This document shows, piece by piece, positions 48,401 to 58,007 of a stretch of 64,000 nt of DNA. Below the pieces are notes generated by a model. That model was given only the letters and a program-made list of their open reading frames with translations, did no database searches and was not told the DNA's origin. Position numbers and translations under genes: made by a program. The stretch is from Flectonema sp. DT1601 (lineage: Eukaryota), in the NCBI GenBank assembly GCA_964019425.1, contig OZ025783.1, positions 1,488,001-1,552,000 on the forward strand, given 5' to 3'. Position 1 is the stretch's first letter. Every line of letters starts with the position of its first letter.

Positions 48401-49613
48401 TTCAGAAAATATGAGAATTATTGATGCAGTGGCTGGTAGTAACATCGTACAGCAGATCATCCAAACCCAGACGATATCTGCTGGGGGTGGTGTGGATGAG
48501 AATCAACAAACTCTTTCATTTGAAGGTTTCTATGATAACGGAAATCCAATTTCAAATTTGATATCAAATTTTGAATTATCACCAACAGGATTACTAACTT
48601 GCACTGCTCCATCAACTCCTGGGATGTATTCAATTAGCGTACTGCTTCGTGATTCTGGTGGAACTCAGAATGGTGGTCTTGATCGGTCAGCATCACAGCA
48701 ATTCACATTAAATGTCTCTCCATCATCATCCTCAGCTGCCTTTACACTTTCATCACAGACAGTTGATATTTTCACGAGACAATTCAATGTTCAAAATGTT
48801 GTCACGAATATCCAAGGAACGGATCTTGCTAACACCCGTTTGACTGTAGTTCCTCGACCTGGTTTTAATGCTTTCTCTTCAGGACCTGAAATAACCAGTA
48901 CAGATAATTTACAATATTCTGTCAGCGGGTTGTTGTTAAACAGTTGGGTATCTCAAAATCAGATTGAACTATTAATAACAATTTCAGACAGTCTTGGAGT
49001 TGGTCAGTCATCAGTGCTGACTTTAGTTCCTTATTTTAACAACCAGCCCTTTGAGGTGTTTCTACCTCCTGGAGTTACATTCAACGAGTTTCTTGTAGCG
49101 TATGCGTCTGATGTGGGAACGTCTGACAGCATTAGAATTATAGCTGAAGAGCAACAGGTGAATGGTTGGAATAAAGTAACTTTTGAAATTACTGGTCAGG
49201 ACAGGTCAAAACAAGAACAAACGGTAATGAGAGAAATAAACAACCCAAACAGTTCTATTAGACGACTCGGGATAACTGATGTAAGGCCAGTCCCTACTCA
49301 ATCATCATCACCTTCTCCAACAGTTAGTGATACAGTCAGTCCTGTTGTTGTTAGTAGTTCTGATGGTGGTATTCCAAGTTGGGTAATTCCTGTTGCTGTT
49401 GTTGCTGCAGTTTTGTTGTTAATTGCTGCTGCTGCTGCTGCCTACTCAAAGTTTAATTCTTCTAACAAGAAATCAACTACCGAACCAACACAAGACGATA
49501 CAGAACACCAGTCTTCTATTGAGAGTTTTCAAAACATTCCTTTACAACAAAGACAGGGTAATCCAATAACTACCGAGTTTGGTAACCCATATAATTACTC
49601 TAACCCTACTTAG
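42447..49613 (+). CDS. Giant type I membrane adhesin-like protein with tandem bacterial Ig/cadherin-like (VNDxP) repeats
   Basis: Signal peptide MSALLPVLVSLLA, more than 10 repeats ending (V/I)ND(A/P)P with DxGGT.xGG.D motifs, Cys-rich N-terminus, TM helix WVIPVAVVAAVLLLIAAAAAAY and a short cytosolic tail. Confidence 0.88.
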   Translation: MSALLPVLVSLLAVEEEAHRGIAPQVHVMVTPTVPGAPPIIIPGNHPPVWSPNTELGCKKEGPPGGWGTGGPSQGEKNSHLFPQECLDMNPNPPAYCRGWGSGGCQPNDCHMTVVEDSGDLAPHGQRWACEVSDCNADGMTDLATQTLDWHFDLARVEHPHYDTCHRGRENPTCPNEQDTFDYTDPCDRLYFDTANPPADCTCPMMGRTDDIETSTWNTNEFWDDDPDAFFREGDKCDPPLDGPPVCPFGGNPGIGGTGTIQFTTAPDRWGTFYYNVWMSDDGITFPVCNGMCGVPIPCAGGCNGAVDINGIPAACNVNPPGQTCKVCKLTILPVNDCPVWDSIGDIEVLEDRTDPNCAAGNGPAPPIGDAGVARPYGVCINNWATNIGAGGWFEWPYQNVWFDCSTDNTLLFKPGFLPRVDGVPKLTNDNCVRNCRGDHCSSRNLVFTLADDQCGHATVSCTLHDDGGENDDGCDKSPVVTFKIDIKCVNDAPTFTPSRTEITIDEDACEMSNTNDEHCSNGVYCQSNWATDISAGPPNEQSGGGCGPSGGSCMFQPQTIHFEVTSADPTFGTLFSSTPTVDEQGRLCIPLAQHHNTGNGFIDLTVRLFDTGGTADGGVDRSTPVNLRLRVTPINDVPTFTMSDSVLVLEDSGVSNTQQITNICLGGLFGPTCADFNERPEPQSERFEIQNVYDETLFAVQPSFTPTGQLQFTPAADRSGTVELEVSLCDNAVAPVSEECSPVRGVIITIKPVNDPPVLTHVGNVAVAEDSPLYSNPNWGTVLSVGVPVDEQQSQELVLVSVVAADPSLFEIQPTLSRDGTLSFKPAADRSGTTDVTVTIRDNGGTQDGGQDTTVEVFSISVGAVNDPPILSIASGNSVVTDEDSGLSSIPNFASLLPGPPHEVVAGQTIATTSCSNTNINLFETTSQPELSLTGDLTYTPLPNAFGEATVTCTATDSVGSSSTLQFNIIVQPINDPPTFNVIASSPTMRIQIPRCSSTEQVRCSRTTTGAVSNVEPGPPNESDQTVRFEGRSLSTDTNIENTFLQYNQVGRNGDLHLTLSSNSMSGNVDVDVVLTALDNGSPPGVTTETIYVTLTDSPDPPSMLQPEDVSSSEDRNINIASFGREISSNTASATCTAVDTLLVPNLVLNIENGLLSGSTGTNLFGTTSATCTLTSTGGLQRAYQFQLTITPVNDAPYFSVSESVIFVTDSSTPQSVMFIDVQNPSGMLGGNTENDQTLTYYFSGQNNNNNNLFASGPTLVGDRLQFTGLADVVGTAIIQITIRDDGGTLDGGQDVGNTQEVAIVFGQTNEPPSFTINGALAYTVLEDSGTTTIRQWGIQISDGDNTDGSVTQQLAFVIQTLPSVLFDDITVHHVTGDLVFTPKLNAFGSEVFTIVLSEVNTPLESNPVLLTINITPVNDPPVFNTATSSIIGDSQLQVGDSSTYVYPRWARDLAAGPLNENTQTTQFDITVPPTNGLLESVNIAIPDGDITFVTNSEGRTGVASVQVCLKDNGGVENNGDDTTCSQVGITVINSIQNGFLRTNDVTVMQTAGVVLVRGFVTNSMITILLVEITTVFLHQNTEFSQDPQIASSISDEMLFLTPPSINNNVDLSFTTNRTTDGRANIRVTARNAQGNTVTENFVITINMVPSLPTFTPGNSPILISEAVSLSESGSLWSSNISHGLPPPYISPIRFIVTPTPSLVTVSNRGVLELNTQLYSNINSLGNLNDPTYELLYTVTLLRERDNVRSSMESLRLVNTNAGGVMPTFDVVSGDVIITEDVVFERSGFIFNVVGGIPSCSEVSSSSSQSKIDSITLTQDNTNTNNYNIRIATNTNMFGETSLRCEMQGIQSIIKTIMITPVNDIPIIVEGGNSVDLLEDSVSVTFPNWIRVSPGPFEVDSLTASVSAVAINSLDANSVLLVQSTSQPNSDSKTFDLSFTLMNNLNGINQLSYQITDSGSPPLSLLGNLVITVTAVNDPPVFLISENMRIIDAVAGSNIVQQIIQTQTISAGGGVDENQQTLSFEGFYDNGNPISNLISNFELSPTGLLTCTAPSTPGMYSISVLLRDSGGTQNGGLDRSASQQFTLNVSPSSSSAAFTLSSQTVDIFTRQFNVQNVVTNIQGTDLANTRLTVVPRPGFNAFSSGPEITSTDNLQYSVSGLLLNSWVSQNQIELLITISDSLGVGQSSVLTLVPYFNNQPFEVFLPPGVTFNEFLVAYASDVGTSDSIRIIAEEQQVNGWNKVTFEITGQDRSKQEQTVMREINNPNSSIRRLGITDVRPVPTQSSSPSPTVSDTVSPVVVSSSDGGIPSWVIPVAVVAAVLLLIAAAAAAYSKFNSSNKKSTTEPTQDDTEHQSSIESFQNIPLQQRQGNPITTEFGNPYNYSNPT

Positions 49614-49718
49614 TTCGTACATAATAGGAGTTCTTGCCCCTCATCACACAAGATATCATAAGAAATCTTGTTATTGAATCTTGGCAATGAATGTCCTGTC
49701 TCTGCGACTCCCCATAAA

Positions 49719-49757
<39 letters not shown>

Positions 49758-50010
49758 TTTTTTTTTTATGTTTGAATTGATAAAACACCCAAGTCCCCCT
49801 AAATGAATCAATAGTACCTGTTGTGACACAACCTGAGTTACTTAACAATTAAAGAATCCCTTTGATGAGGTTCTTCACGCAGTGAATTCCTCTTCACTGA
49901 GGGACTCGTAGCTGCTTCTTCTTATAATCTAAATAGTTGGTTGTGGTTTCTATTTTACGTTATTATCAATTTGAGGGACCATCCGCTCCTCTGAACAGAT
50001 ACAAAAAAAA

Positions 50011-50041
<31 letters not shown>

Positions 50042-50625
50042 GTTAGTTTTGTTCTGTTTATTTAGAGACAAGGCATATGAAATGTGATTCATAAATATAG
50101 AGCTATTGTTGTAAGCTATGAATAGCTGCTGTTCTCAATTTGTTTGCTTTGTTGTTTACTCGAGTCGATTTTTGTCTTTGTTACGTGTTTAAAAAGAATT
50201 GAAGGGGGAAAAAAGAAGTACATTTATCGTAGTGTGGAGCAGTTGAGACCTAAAACCGACCGTCTCTCATGTGAGATTCTTTTTTATCCCAAAAAGTTAT
50301 TAAGACTCGTCAAGCTCTGTAAGGCGCTTTTTTAAAATTAATCAACGCAATGTAATGAATTTCCTCTAGTCGACGTATTCCAATGTCGACGCGATGAGTG
50401 GTACATACTTTCTTCGCTAGGTAATGTCCAAAAAAAAAAGATTATTTTTCAAAAAGATTTATGCCGAAAAATTGCGACCATTATTTGTATGATGTCCTTT
50501 ACTTTTGTATTGAATATGTTTTTTTTTTTTTTTTTTTTTTTTTTTTGTGATGAAAAACTCCCCCCTTTTGTTAATTACTTAATTCAATTCATCTTTAAAA
50601 AAAAACAGAATAAAAAAATAATAAA

Positions 50626-53600
50626 ATGGTATCATATAACGCCTCTGGAGTGACTGATCTCTACAGGCACGCCAGACGAGGAGCAATAGTTCACGTCAAA
50701 GAGTTGCTACATGGTGATGTAAGTGAAGAATTGATAAATTGTAAACAACGTAATAAAACTGAATGCACAGCGCTACACGCAGCGTTTTATAACGGACACT
50801 ATGAGATAGGTGAATTGTTGTTAGAGGCAGGGGCGGATTGCAATATTATAAACGCCCTTCATGAATCTCCGTTGGATAACGCGATTTGGCCTAAAAATGG
50901 AGCACTTCCTCCTTCAGTTGTTTCATTAATTATGAGAAAAGTATCACTTGATACGGTAAGACGAGTTAGAAAGCGGATGTCCAATAACAATATTCATTTA
51001 AATACTCATCTTCCCTGTGGATGGACTCTTCTACACTGCGCATGCGAAAGCGGCAATCTCGAAATTGTTAAATACATTGTTAAGAAAGGTGCATCAGCAA
51101 CAGCTGTAACAGCACCCTTCCTTGGCGTCATAAGAAATTTGGAACATCGAGATCCAACTGACTGGAATTTAAGCTCAAACGCACTGCATATTGCGGCTCT
51201 GAGTGGTCGTTATGATGTTGTGATGTATTTAACTGAGATAATGAATCCAAATCACGTATGGCATCCAAAGAATAAACAGCGGATGAGTGCTCTTCGGTGT
51301 TTATCATATTCTCCCATTGCGTTACGTACTGGCAATAGAAAAATGTATTTTAAGGCATTTAAAAAGTTTTTGAAAATAACGATGGGGATACCTGTAGATG
51401 AATTGGTTCAAGAAATCGATAGGGTTATCACAATGTTGGAACAGCCTCATCCAGAGAGTACAGGGTTAAAGCCAATAGTAACATATACGAACCCTGTTGG
51501 TTTAATTGGGGTACCTCTCTCTCCGCTTCCTGAAGATTATACGTTCGAAGGATCTCTGTTGGAATGGTTGCATGTTTCAACAAGCCCGTACACATCATCA
51601 GAAATTAATTTCCCCGCTCTCCGAAAAAGCATAATCACTTCACTCACTCGCATTAAAAACGATCTCTATAAAATATACAAAAGCAGCGATACTGATATTT
51701 CTGTTATTGAATCTGAGTTTGATTGGGTTGGTACCCTTCTGAGTTTTGATAAAACTACAGATATGATTGAATGTCTCTTAGCGGGAATATTATTTACAAC
51801 AACCGAATACAGAGATCAAAGTATGTTTGATACTACTTTAGCAGTGTCATTAGAGACTGGTAATCAAGAAGATTTAGAAAAGCCGTTACTAATTCGTATT
51901 CAACCTGTGATATGGAGACTCCGACAATTGATAGATGCATTGCCACCAACTGATCCTCATGAGTTGATGTATCGAACAGACGCAGCGTGGAATGTTGAAT
52001 TGAGTCTTGGTCAAGTCATTCGCTTTGTTCAATTCTGTGTCGTCACTGATGTATCACGTATAAGCAATCAAAAACCCACTGCTGGTAGTGCTTTTTTGTT
52101 CATTGCCAGTTCTGGTCCAAGAATTGATTTTTTATTCGAAGACAACATCTCACGTAAAATTCACAACATCGAAACAACTTTTTCAGTCAGACACAGCGTT
52201 GAACACGCCTTGATGTTATTATTATATTGGCCAAGTGAGCATTTTGTCCTCAGGGAAGAACACCAATTCGGCAAACCAAACCAAAAAATTGCAAAACAAA
52301 AGGAACTTATGAAAATGATAAGAAACTCATGCATGTATATGTCAAGATTTGTGTTATTTAGAGAAAATTGGGGCAACATTGATCTCAGATTAAAAGACAT
52401 TAATACTCCAGATGAGGGACTGCTTTTAACAGAAGTCCACAAGACATGGATGTCTGACGAAGGAACAAAAGTTCTTTGTATTAGAGGTGACAGAGGATCT
52501 GGAAAGTCAACGATGGCAACGCGAACAATCCAAATGGCTTTTGATGATTCTATTAAACGAAGAAAACCATTAATACCTTTATATATCCCTGTTGCTAGAC
52601 TAGAAATGACATCCATAACTAATTATGTTATGCAACGCCTTGGAATCTCCAACAGCTATAGTGAAGAACTACTTTACGCATCGTACGAAGTGGTGTTAAT
52701 CCTCGATGGTATGGAAAATTATAAAACACCTGAAGGAACTATTGCAACAATATTATCTGATGAGTGTGTAATGAGAGTAAGTAAGGTATTCGTGACGATT
52801 AGCAATACGTTTCTCGACCAAGCAAACTATTCTGTCACACAACTGCTTGGTAACGATTGCAGGATCTGCAACATCCAACCGCTAACTGAAAAGCAACGTC
52901 AAGATAACTTTGGAAAGCCAAGCATTTGCACTGAAACATGGCTTCCTGAGGATGAGAATGAAAAACGACGTCGTGGATTAAAAGATATCGGAGTTTGGAA
53001 ACAACTAACTACGCCTCTACTACTTGGTCTTGCTGGTGAGTGTAAAGATGGAGTGAGAGATCACGTAATGAAGACTACTGTACACATAAATCTACAAACA
53101 ATATACGGATTGCTCTACAGCTCTGTAGAATATTGCGCCTCAACAACAATTGATCCACAAACTCAAAAACTAACAGACATTACAAGAGTTCTTAATGAAG
53201 GAAGTAAAGCTGCCTGTCATATGCTAAGCATTGGTAACTGGAATCTACCAGCTAGTGTGAGAGGATTCTCAGAAGCTGCAACAATCGAAGGAATACCCAG
53301 CTTGATTAGTGATCCGTTCAGCTTCGGAATAACTGACATCTATAACTTCTTCATTGCTCACGCCATCATTAAGTCTCCAGATAAAACTCTATTGAACTTA
53401 TTGGGAGGTAAGAGATTCACCAAAACCAATCCTGAGATTGTTCAACTTGTTGAGTCAAGCATGTCATCGATGTTATATAAACAACGTGACTTCATGAATG
53501 AATTGGTTTATTTAGTTAAGGCTTCTCGTTGTGGTGAAAATCCGGTGTCTTCAAATGCATTCAGTTTATTAGTGCAATGCAGGGTTCCAATAGATTTGAT

Positions 53601-55365
53601 TGACTTTAGTGATATAAAAATATCAGAAGCAGATGTATCAGGAGGGTCTTTCAACGGTAATTCATTCATAAACGCAACTTTTCATAATTGTAACTTTACC
53701 AGAACTCGATTCCGTCGTTGTAATTTCAAAAACTGCACTTTCAGTGGAACCAGTTTTGGGGTCTCAACATTACTAGTGGGAGGTCAGGAGAGCTACACCT
53801 GCATAGCTGGGGGTAAAGATTTCGTCCTTCTCGGGACTTCAACTGGAACTCTAAAAAAAGTATCAACGGAAAAATTTGAGGTAAGAATGAACGCACTGGA
53901 CACTAACGATCCAGTTTCATCTGCCTGTAGTTCACCGGATGGAAAATTCGTTTCGTTCAGTATGAAAAAACAAGGAATAATAAACATAATGAGTACTGAC
54001 AACAGTGTTGGCATTGACACAATATCACTCAAGAAAACAATTAGTCAGATTCGGTTTACTCCGAATGGACAATCATTAATTGTCGCAACGGATTCCGTTT
54101 TCTTGCTCGAATACGATACGAAAACAGGTAAAGTAATCCCAATTAAAGGACACACAAAGCCAATTCGAGACATGAGCATTTCTCGAATAGGTTGGATGCT
54201 GGCATCGTGTAGTGATGATAATACAATTAGGGTTTGGGATAACAGTAAAAAAAAAGAGGTAAAGAAATACTCTCTTCAGAATGTGCATCACCTTGCGATA
54301 AGTTCATGCGGAGAGAAACTTGCAATAGTCGAAAGAGGGGTTCTTAAAATTATTAATTTAAAAACAGAAAGTCGAGCAACTCTAACAAAAAACAACGAGT
54401 TTGTTTCTGTAGCAATCATCAGCCCTGAAGATCGTTGGGTAGCAACCATTGATGGAGCACTCGTACGTGTTTTTGATTTAGCAACCGGCGAACCAACACA
54501 TATACTAGACGGGCATCACGTTAAAATAAGCGTCTTAACATTCACAAACAACTCTCTCTTATCCGTCGGCAGTGATTCAATTATGTATATTTGGGACTGC
54601 CATGCCGGTAGAGTACTTCCTTCGCCTAAAGGACACAGGGGTAAGGTCACCTGCTTCAATTTATCAGAAGACAAAAAGATAGCAGTCACTGGAGGTGATG
54701 ATTGTGACTGCAGATTATGGAATGCGACTACAGGAGGTCATTTATTAACATTAAAAGGTCACACTGCTCCAATTCGTATAGTTCGATTCTCTCCCGATAG
54801 TAAAATGGTAGTCAGCGGCGGGGATGATTGCACAGTCAGAGTTTGGGATTTATTTTCAGGAAAAATTATAAGTACCATGGTAGGTCATACAAAGGACATC
54901 ACTTGCGCAAACTTTTCACGAGACAGCAAACGAATAGTATCCGGAAGCTCTGACAAGTCTGCCCGCATTTGGGCAGTAGACTCTGGAAGGCTAATTCATA
55001 ACTTAGAAGGACACAGTGATTCAGTTAATGTTGTTTTCTTCGCAGAAAAAGATCGCGTAGTCATGTGTGGAACCGTAAACCACACTAACAGAGTGTGGAA
55101 CGCCCAGTCTGGTAAAGCCCTTCAGGTAAGCAGAACACAACTATTCGACGACCCTACATCTGTTGCATACGATCCTTACAGAATAGACTTATATTACGAT
55201 ACCATTTGTATGATCGATGAATCAAAGGAAATTCCTGAAATAAAGCGGGAAGTAGTCTTTTCAACGGGATCGACCCGACACCTTAGTTTTATAAAATGCT
55301 CAAGTGGCAACGTGAAACCTAAAAAGATCGCATCACTCTTTGATACCTTCATGGAAACAATATAA
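50626..55365 (+). CDS. Ankyrin - ART-like - NACHT/STAND NTPase - pentapeptide - WD40 protein
   Basis: ANK motifs TALHAA, TLLHCAC and NALHIAA. Walker A GDRGSGKST and Walker B VVLILDG. Pentapeptide repeats (FINATFHNCNFTRTRF) and multiple GH...WD/WN repeats. Confidence 0.88.
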   Translation: MVSYNASGVTDLYRHARRGAIVHVKELLHGDVSEELINCKQRNKTECTALHAAFYNGHYEIGELLLEAGADCNIINALHESPLDNAIWPKNGALPPSVVSLIMRKVSLDTVRRVRKRMSNNNIHLNTHLPCGWTLLHCACESGNLEIVKYIVKKGASATAVTAPFLGVIRNLEHRDPTDWNLSSNALHIAALSGRYDVVMYLTEIMNPNHVWHPKNKQRMSALRCLSYSPIALRTGNRKMYFKAFKKFLKITMGIPVDELVQEIDRVITMLEQPHPESTGLKPIVTYTNPVGLIGVPLSPLPEDYTFEGSLLEWLHVSTSPYTSSEINFPALRKSIITSLTRIKNDLYKIYKSSDTDISVIESEFDWVGTLLSFDKTTDMIECLLAGILFTTTEYRDQSMFDTTLAVSLETGNQEDLEKPLLIRIQPVIWRLRQLIDALPPTDPHELMYRTDAAWNVELSLGQVIRFVQFCVVTDVSRISNQKPTAGSAFLFIASSGPRIDFLFEDNISRKIHNIETTFSVRHSVEHALMLLLYWPSEHFVLREEHQFGKPNQKIAKQKELMKMIRNSCMYMSRFVLFRENWGNIDLRLKDINTPDEGLLLTEVHKTWMSDEGTKVLCIRGDRGSGKSTMATRTIQMAFDDSIKRRKPLIPLYIPVARLEMTSITNYVMQRLGISNSYSEELLYASYEVVLILDGMENYKTPEGTIATILSDECVMRVSKVFVTISNTFLDQANYSVTQLLGNDCRICNIQPLTEKQRQDNFGKPSICTETWLPEDENEKRRRGLKDIGVWKQLTTPLLLGLAGECKDGVRDHVMKTTVHINLQTIYGLLYSSVEYCASTTIDPQTQKLTDITRVLNEGSKAACHMLSIGNWNLPASVRGFSEAATIEGIPSLISDPFSFGITDIYNFFIAHAIIKSPDKTLLNLLGGKRFTKTNPEIVQLVESSMSSMLYKQRDFMNELVYLVKASRCGENPVSSNAFSLLVQCRVPIDLIDFSDIKISEADVSGGSFNGNSFINATFHNCNFTRTRFRRCNFKNCTFSGTSFGVSTLLVGGQESYTCIAGGKDFVLLGTSTGTLKKVSTEKFEVRMNALDTNDPVSSACSSPDGKFVSFSMKKQGIINIMSTDNSVGIDTISLKKTISQIRFTPNGQSLIVATDSVFLLEYDTKTGKVIPIKGHTKPIRDMSISRIGWMLASCSDDNTIRVWDNSKKKEVKKYSLQNVHHLAISSCGEKLAIVERGVLKIINLKTESRATLTKNNEFVSVAIISPEDRWVATIDGALVRVFDLATGEPTHILDGHHVKISVLTFTNNSLLSVGSDSIMYIWDCHAGRVLPSPKGHRGKVTCFNLSEDKKIAVTGGDDCDCRLWNATTGGHLLTLKGHTAPIRIVRFSPDSKMVVSGGDDCTVRVWDLFSGKIISTMVGHTKDITCANFSRDSKRIVSGSSDKSARIWAVDSGRLIHNLEGHSDSVNVVFFAEKDRVVMCGTVNHTNRVWNAQSGKALQVSRTQLFDDPTSVAYDPYRIDLYYDTICMIDESKEIPEIKREVVFSTGSTRHLSFIKCSSGNVKPKKIASLFDTFMETI

Positions 55366-55746
55366 GAGAATACTGTATCCCTTTATCATATAATAAGTAG
55401 TATTGGTTTGGTTGATCTCGACCTTTCTACTTTAGTCTTGTTTTACACATTTCGCTTTTTTATCTGATTAATTGTGATGAAATGGTTTCATCGTGATGAA
55501 ACTGTTTTTTCTAAGAAAACATGAAATCAGAAGAAGACCTTTGGTGTCAATCTCTCAATCATTTTTTTTTTTTTTTTTTTTTTTACGAAAAAAAAAAAAT
55601 GTTGAAAACTTTAAACAACAATATTGGAAGTGTAAAATTCTGACGAAACGATATTTTTACCTTCTTAAAAGTTCGAAATCTATAATTTTATTATTTTTTT
55701 TTTTTTTTTCCCCCATTCCTTCTTTCTTTCAGTACCCTTTGCTATT

Positions 55747-57193
55747 ATGTCGAGTCGTCAATCTTCAGCATCAACGTCACTGTCAGCGTGGGACCTCTAT
55801 CGGAGGATACCTGCTGACTTGACAGCGGGTACGTCTCAGGGTGGGTTGTTGTCTGTTGGATGTGTGTTTATCATGGTCGTACTGATCTTTATGGAAACTT
55901 GGCACTATATGTCACCACCAGTAGTGTCGGATTTATACTTAGACACGAATACAGAGCCAAGAATCAGAATTAGTTTCAACATCACTGCTCTTGACATGCC
56001 TTGCCAGTGGGTTAGTGTAGATGTAAAGGATAAACTAGGAGTGAACAGGATTGACGTTGCTCAAAATATTTTAAAAATGTCATTATCTCAGAATGAAATG
56101 GTTTTTAAAGGTCCTCCAAAAGAAATAAAACACGATCCGATGTCTAATTCTAAACAATCGATGGATGCCGACAACGATTCTCCTCATCTAAACCCTGCCC
56201 AACTTGAGAAGGTTTTAGCCGATAAGAAATACGTTTTTGTAAATTTTTATGCTCCAAGATGTATTTGGTGTGCTCGATTGGCTCCTACTTGGGAAGCCTT
56301 TGCAAAAAAACTTCACGATGAACATTACCATGTTGCTGTTAGAAAGGTGAATTGTGAAGCTGAATTCGCGCTTTGTCGCTCAAGTAGGATCATGGCATTT
56401 CCAACTATGAGATTATTTATTGACGGTAAACCAACAGCTGATTTCAATGGAGATAGAACGATTGAAGCTTTAACTTCATGGTCTAGCAGGATTACGGGTG
56501 AAGATAAGGTTCCACACAGTGCTGAGGTCCCTGTTGTTGGTCAAAATCAGGAACATGCCGGGTGTCGAATTGTAGGATTTCTCGACGTCAATCGAGTTCC
56601 TGGAAATTTTCATTTAAACGTCAAATCAGATCTTCACACGATAAATGTAAAAGAGACGAACGTGTCTCATTATATTCATAATTTATATTTTGGTGAAGCT
56701 CTCCCTTCTGCTTTAATAAACAAACTTCCAAACCGTTACAAGAGAATGACTAGTCCATTAAACGGCAAGAAATTCCTTAGCGACGAACCACACACGACTT
56801 TTGAACATCACATCAAGGTCGTTTCAACTAATTATCAACTAACATGGGCTGAGGTAGCAGGTTATCAAATTCAACACACCAATCACATGTATCTTATCGA
56901 CGAGCAACGCTCTCCAGATGATAGAGAAGGTGTTCCTGAAGCAAGATTCAGCTATGAACTCTCTCCTACAGCAGTTGCAATTCGCTATGGAGGTAGGCGT
57001 TGGTATGAATTTATTACCAACCTCTGCGCAATTATCGGTGGTGTGTTTACTGTAATGGGGCTTCTTGATAGATCAATTCATGGTTTGTGGTCGAAACTTC
57101 ATAAGGTATGACTTATAAACAAATAACTACTCAACCACTACTACTAATCAATTTGAACTAACAAAACAGGAACGAGTTGGAAAACTTGGTTGA
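55747..57193 (+). CDS. Erv41/Erv46 (ERGIC)-thioredoxin fusion (PDI-C-like), 2 exons (55747-57105, 57170-57193)
   Basis: ERGIC_N (WDLYRRIPADLT, FNITALDMPC), thioredoxin FYAPRCIWC, COPII-coated ERV domain (GCRIVGFLDVNRVPGNFH, LCAIIGGVFTV). Spliced end KERVGKLG*. Confidence 0.92.
57106..57169 (+). other. Spliceosomal intron (64 nt, phase 0)
   Basis: AAG|GTATGA...CTAACAAAACAG|GAA. Restores an Erv46-like GKLG C-terminus. Confidence 0.85.
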
Positions 57194-58007
57194 AAACATA
57201 AAAACATAATCGGATGATTACTACATTCCAGTTTAACGAAACTGAAAGTTGTCTGTAGCACAACACATCACAGTCAGCGTCAAAACACCGATAACCGACG
57301 ATTGACTAAAGACGAAAGAAAACCCTAATATTGTTATGTTCTACTTACAGATTATGTAATTTGAAACCCGGTGTTTGCAGAAAAGACAAAATCTGAGAGA
57401 ATGATTTCCAACGAGAGCCGGTGATTCTGCTATAATAATGTTTAATTTTTCTTTTTTTAAAAAAACTTTTTTTTTAATACAAAAAAAAAATGAGAAATTT
57501 GAACACCAACAACAAGCAGTTAACATGTACGTAATATGACAATCGATGATGTGAGACGTCAATTGTTAATTGAAAGGAGGAGCTGACTTTTTACTCTATT
57601 CGATTTAACATTTGAAGGCAGGGGTGAGATGCTTAAACCTGACGACCCTTTTCATGAACAATATCAATAGTCAACAAAAAAATATCTCTGTAATGACATT
57701 CTCAATGATATGGAGTATCCCCCCACTGCAATACTAAAGGTCAAGAAGTAGAAATCTATTTTATAAACGTCACTCTTGAGATGAGAAGGGACAAAACCCT
57801 CTCATTCAAATTATATTAAAAAAAACCACACCAAGGACTTTTTCTAGTGATGATGAAGAAAGTTAAAGTTTCGGAAAGTGTAACAAAGTGAATTATAGAA
57901 CTGACTGAGTCGTTCGAAGTGTTTTGTTTCTTTATATTATATATTTTTTGTTAGCGACACAGGTTGGAAATACAAAAAAACAAAAGAAGAAAAAAAGAAA
58001 AAAAAAA

